Assembly (NCBI GenBank): GCA_001643675.2
Contig: LSRY02000042.1
Span: 1 to 64,000 of the forward strand
DNA: 64,000 nucleotides
Origin: Monocercomonoides exilis PA203
Lineage: Eukaryota > Protista > Preaxostyla
Direction: 5' to 3'
A program made the translations under genes and the position numbers. Shown here in pieces: positions 62,628 to 64,000 of this stretch. Within the stretch, counting starts at the first letter, position 1. The number at the start of each line of letters is the position of its first letter. The notes under the pieces were generated by a model. That model saw nothing but the letters and a program-made list of their open reading frames with translations. It did not search any database and was not told the DNA's origin.

Positions 62628-64000
62628 TCATTCTTCTTTGATTTCTTCTTCTTTTTCTTCTTCTTCTTTCTCTTCTTCCTCATCTTTTTCATTTTCCAAT
62701 TCATCATTCTCTTTTAAATGTGTTGATTTTTTTGCTTTCTTTCTTTTTTTCCCTTTCTTCTTCTCTTTCTCTCTTTCTTCTTCTTCTTCTTCTTCTTCAT
62801 TTTCATCTTCATTGATCTCTTCATCTTTCATTCTTGTTTCTTCATTTTGTTTGTTTGATTGCAATGAAAATGTGTTTGTTTCTGTCACAAATTCTTTCAA
62901 ATTCACATTCATTTTGTTTGCTTGCAATTCTTCTTTATTCAAAATTGAAGAAGAAGAAGAGGAAAAAGAGGAAGAGGAAGAATAAGAAGAAGGATAAGAA
63001 GGAAGTGATAAAGCCTGACTTAATGTTTCTTCAATGAATTCACTTCTAATTCCTTCTTTTCTCTCATCTTTCTGAAAATGTCTGTCAGATTTGTTATTTT
63101 CGTGTGTTGTATCGTTCAAATGCTGAATGGTTGTTGTATTTCCATTTGAATTTGATTTTATTATCACTGGATTGTTTGTTGTTCTGTATTCTTCTTCCTC
63201 TTCTTTTTCTTCTTCTAGTTGTAGTTCTAATTTTAATTCTCTTTCTCCTTTTCTTCCTCTTCCTATTCCTCTTCCTTTTTTCCCCTCATACAATCCATCC
63301 TCTCCTTCTTCTTCTTTTCCTCTTCCTTCTTCCTCTTCCTTCTCCTCCTCAACATTCACCCACCTCTTCTTTGAGCTCTTCTTCTTCTCAGCAAAAAGAA
63401 GAACAGAAAATACAACCACAACCACAACAATCATACAAGCTAACACAACAATCACAACAATATACCAAGGAAATGCCTTTTCTCCTTTTCCTTCTGTTTC
63501 CTTCTCTTCCTTCGGATTCTCTTTATCTTTATCTTTATCTTTATCTTTATCTTTATCTTTATCTTTATCTTTATCTTTATCTTTATCTTCTTCTTTTGGC
63601 TCATCTTTTTCCTCTTCCTTTGGCTTCTCTTCCTCTTCCTTCCTCTTCAAATACTTCTCATACGCATCTTCTGGCTCTGATTCTTCATCTTTTGCTCCCA
63701 CAATCCACCCAGCTGTTGAATTGCCATAATCATTCGCAAACTCAAATGCGTCTTCTCTTTTGCAGAACTCATCAAAATCTGGCGCAATGATGAACAGAGA
63801 AGATGTTTGCGAGCCAGCTGTGTTTGAGCTGTCTATCTCCAGATTGTTTGCTGCGGGAAGCTGAATATTCGATGCTGCCTTTGGCATCTCAATGTATATT
63901 GCCCCAACTTTCCCATTCGATGCTGAACAAGATTTGAATGAGCATTTGTCGTTTCTTCCAATCGCGACTGTTGATTCTTCTGAACTCAAAGAAATCTCCA
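62628..64000 (-). CDS. 3' part of a paralog of the 30691-33177 surface protein, with DK-repeat stalk, TM and long acidic tail (5' end outside window)
   Basis: SSEES.V.IGRNDKCSFKSC...MPKAASN.QLP.ANNLEID...FEFANDY.NSTAGWIVGAKD.ESEPED.YEKY is shared with the 828-aa protein. (GATAAA)n encodes DKDKDK. TM is WYIVVIVVLACMIVVVVVVFSVLLF. Confidence 0.85.
   Translation of the reverse strand, partial: EISLSSEESTVAIGRNDKCSFKSCSASNGKVGAIYIEMPKAASNIQLPAANNLEIDSSNTAGSQTSSLFIIAPDFDEFCKREDAFEFANDYGNSTAGWIVGAKDEESEPEDAYEKYLKRKEEEEKPKEEEKDEPKEEDKDKDKDKDKDKDKDKDKDKDKENPKEEKETEGKGEKAFPWYIVVIVVLACMIVVVVVVFSVLLFAEKKKSSKKRWVNVEEEKEEEEGRGKEEEGEDGLYEGKKGRGIGRGRKGERELKLELQLEEEKEEEEEYRTTNNPVIIKSNSNGNTTTIQHLNDTTHENNKSDRHFQKDERKEGIRSEFIEETLSQALSLPSYPSSYSSSSSFSSSSSSILNKEELQANKMNVNLKEFVTETNTFSLQSNKQNEETRMKDEEINEDENEEEEEEEEREKEKKKGKKRKKAKKSTHLKENDELENEKDEEEEKEEEEKEEEIKEE

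Noticed and set aside
60839-62717. Short Lys/Phe-rich ORFs
   Set aside because: Low-complexity AT-rich DNA and (TTTCTCTTTC)n-type repeats.

Overview
This is a eukaryotic chromosome end. About 4.14 kb of (CCCTAA)n telomere, mixed with CCTAA units and a recurrent AACCTAGTTTGAA variant, is followed by about 60 kb of AT-rich subtelomere. The short GT-AG introns, standard genetic code and repetitive gene families resemble an oxymonad such as Monocercomonoides exilis (recognised from memory, not from a search). The subtelomere is mostly pseudogenes and DNA transposons. It holds (i) a Sola2-like DDD transposase with an in-frame ubiquitin-specific protease (USP/C19) domain; (ii) three copies of a 450-bp pogo/Tc1-mariner-type MITE; (iii) a 2.85-kb Merlin-like element (GGCAAG termini, ~157-bp TIRs, 8-bp TSD) carrying a fragment of a host surface-protein gene; (iv) a 5.87-kb hAT-related element with 17-bp TIRs, a 9-bp TSD and cargo; and (v) a decayed hAT transposase that hosts these nested insertions. 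One intact 828-aa type-I membrane protein gene, the 3' part of its paralog, several surface-protein pseudogenes and two pseudogenes of a helical family are also present. The best leads are the telomeric variant motif identical to the telomere junction, the USP-transposase fusion and the gene-capturing TIR elements.
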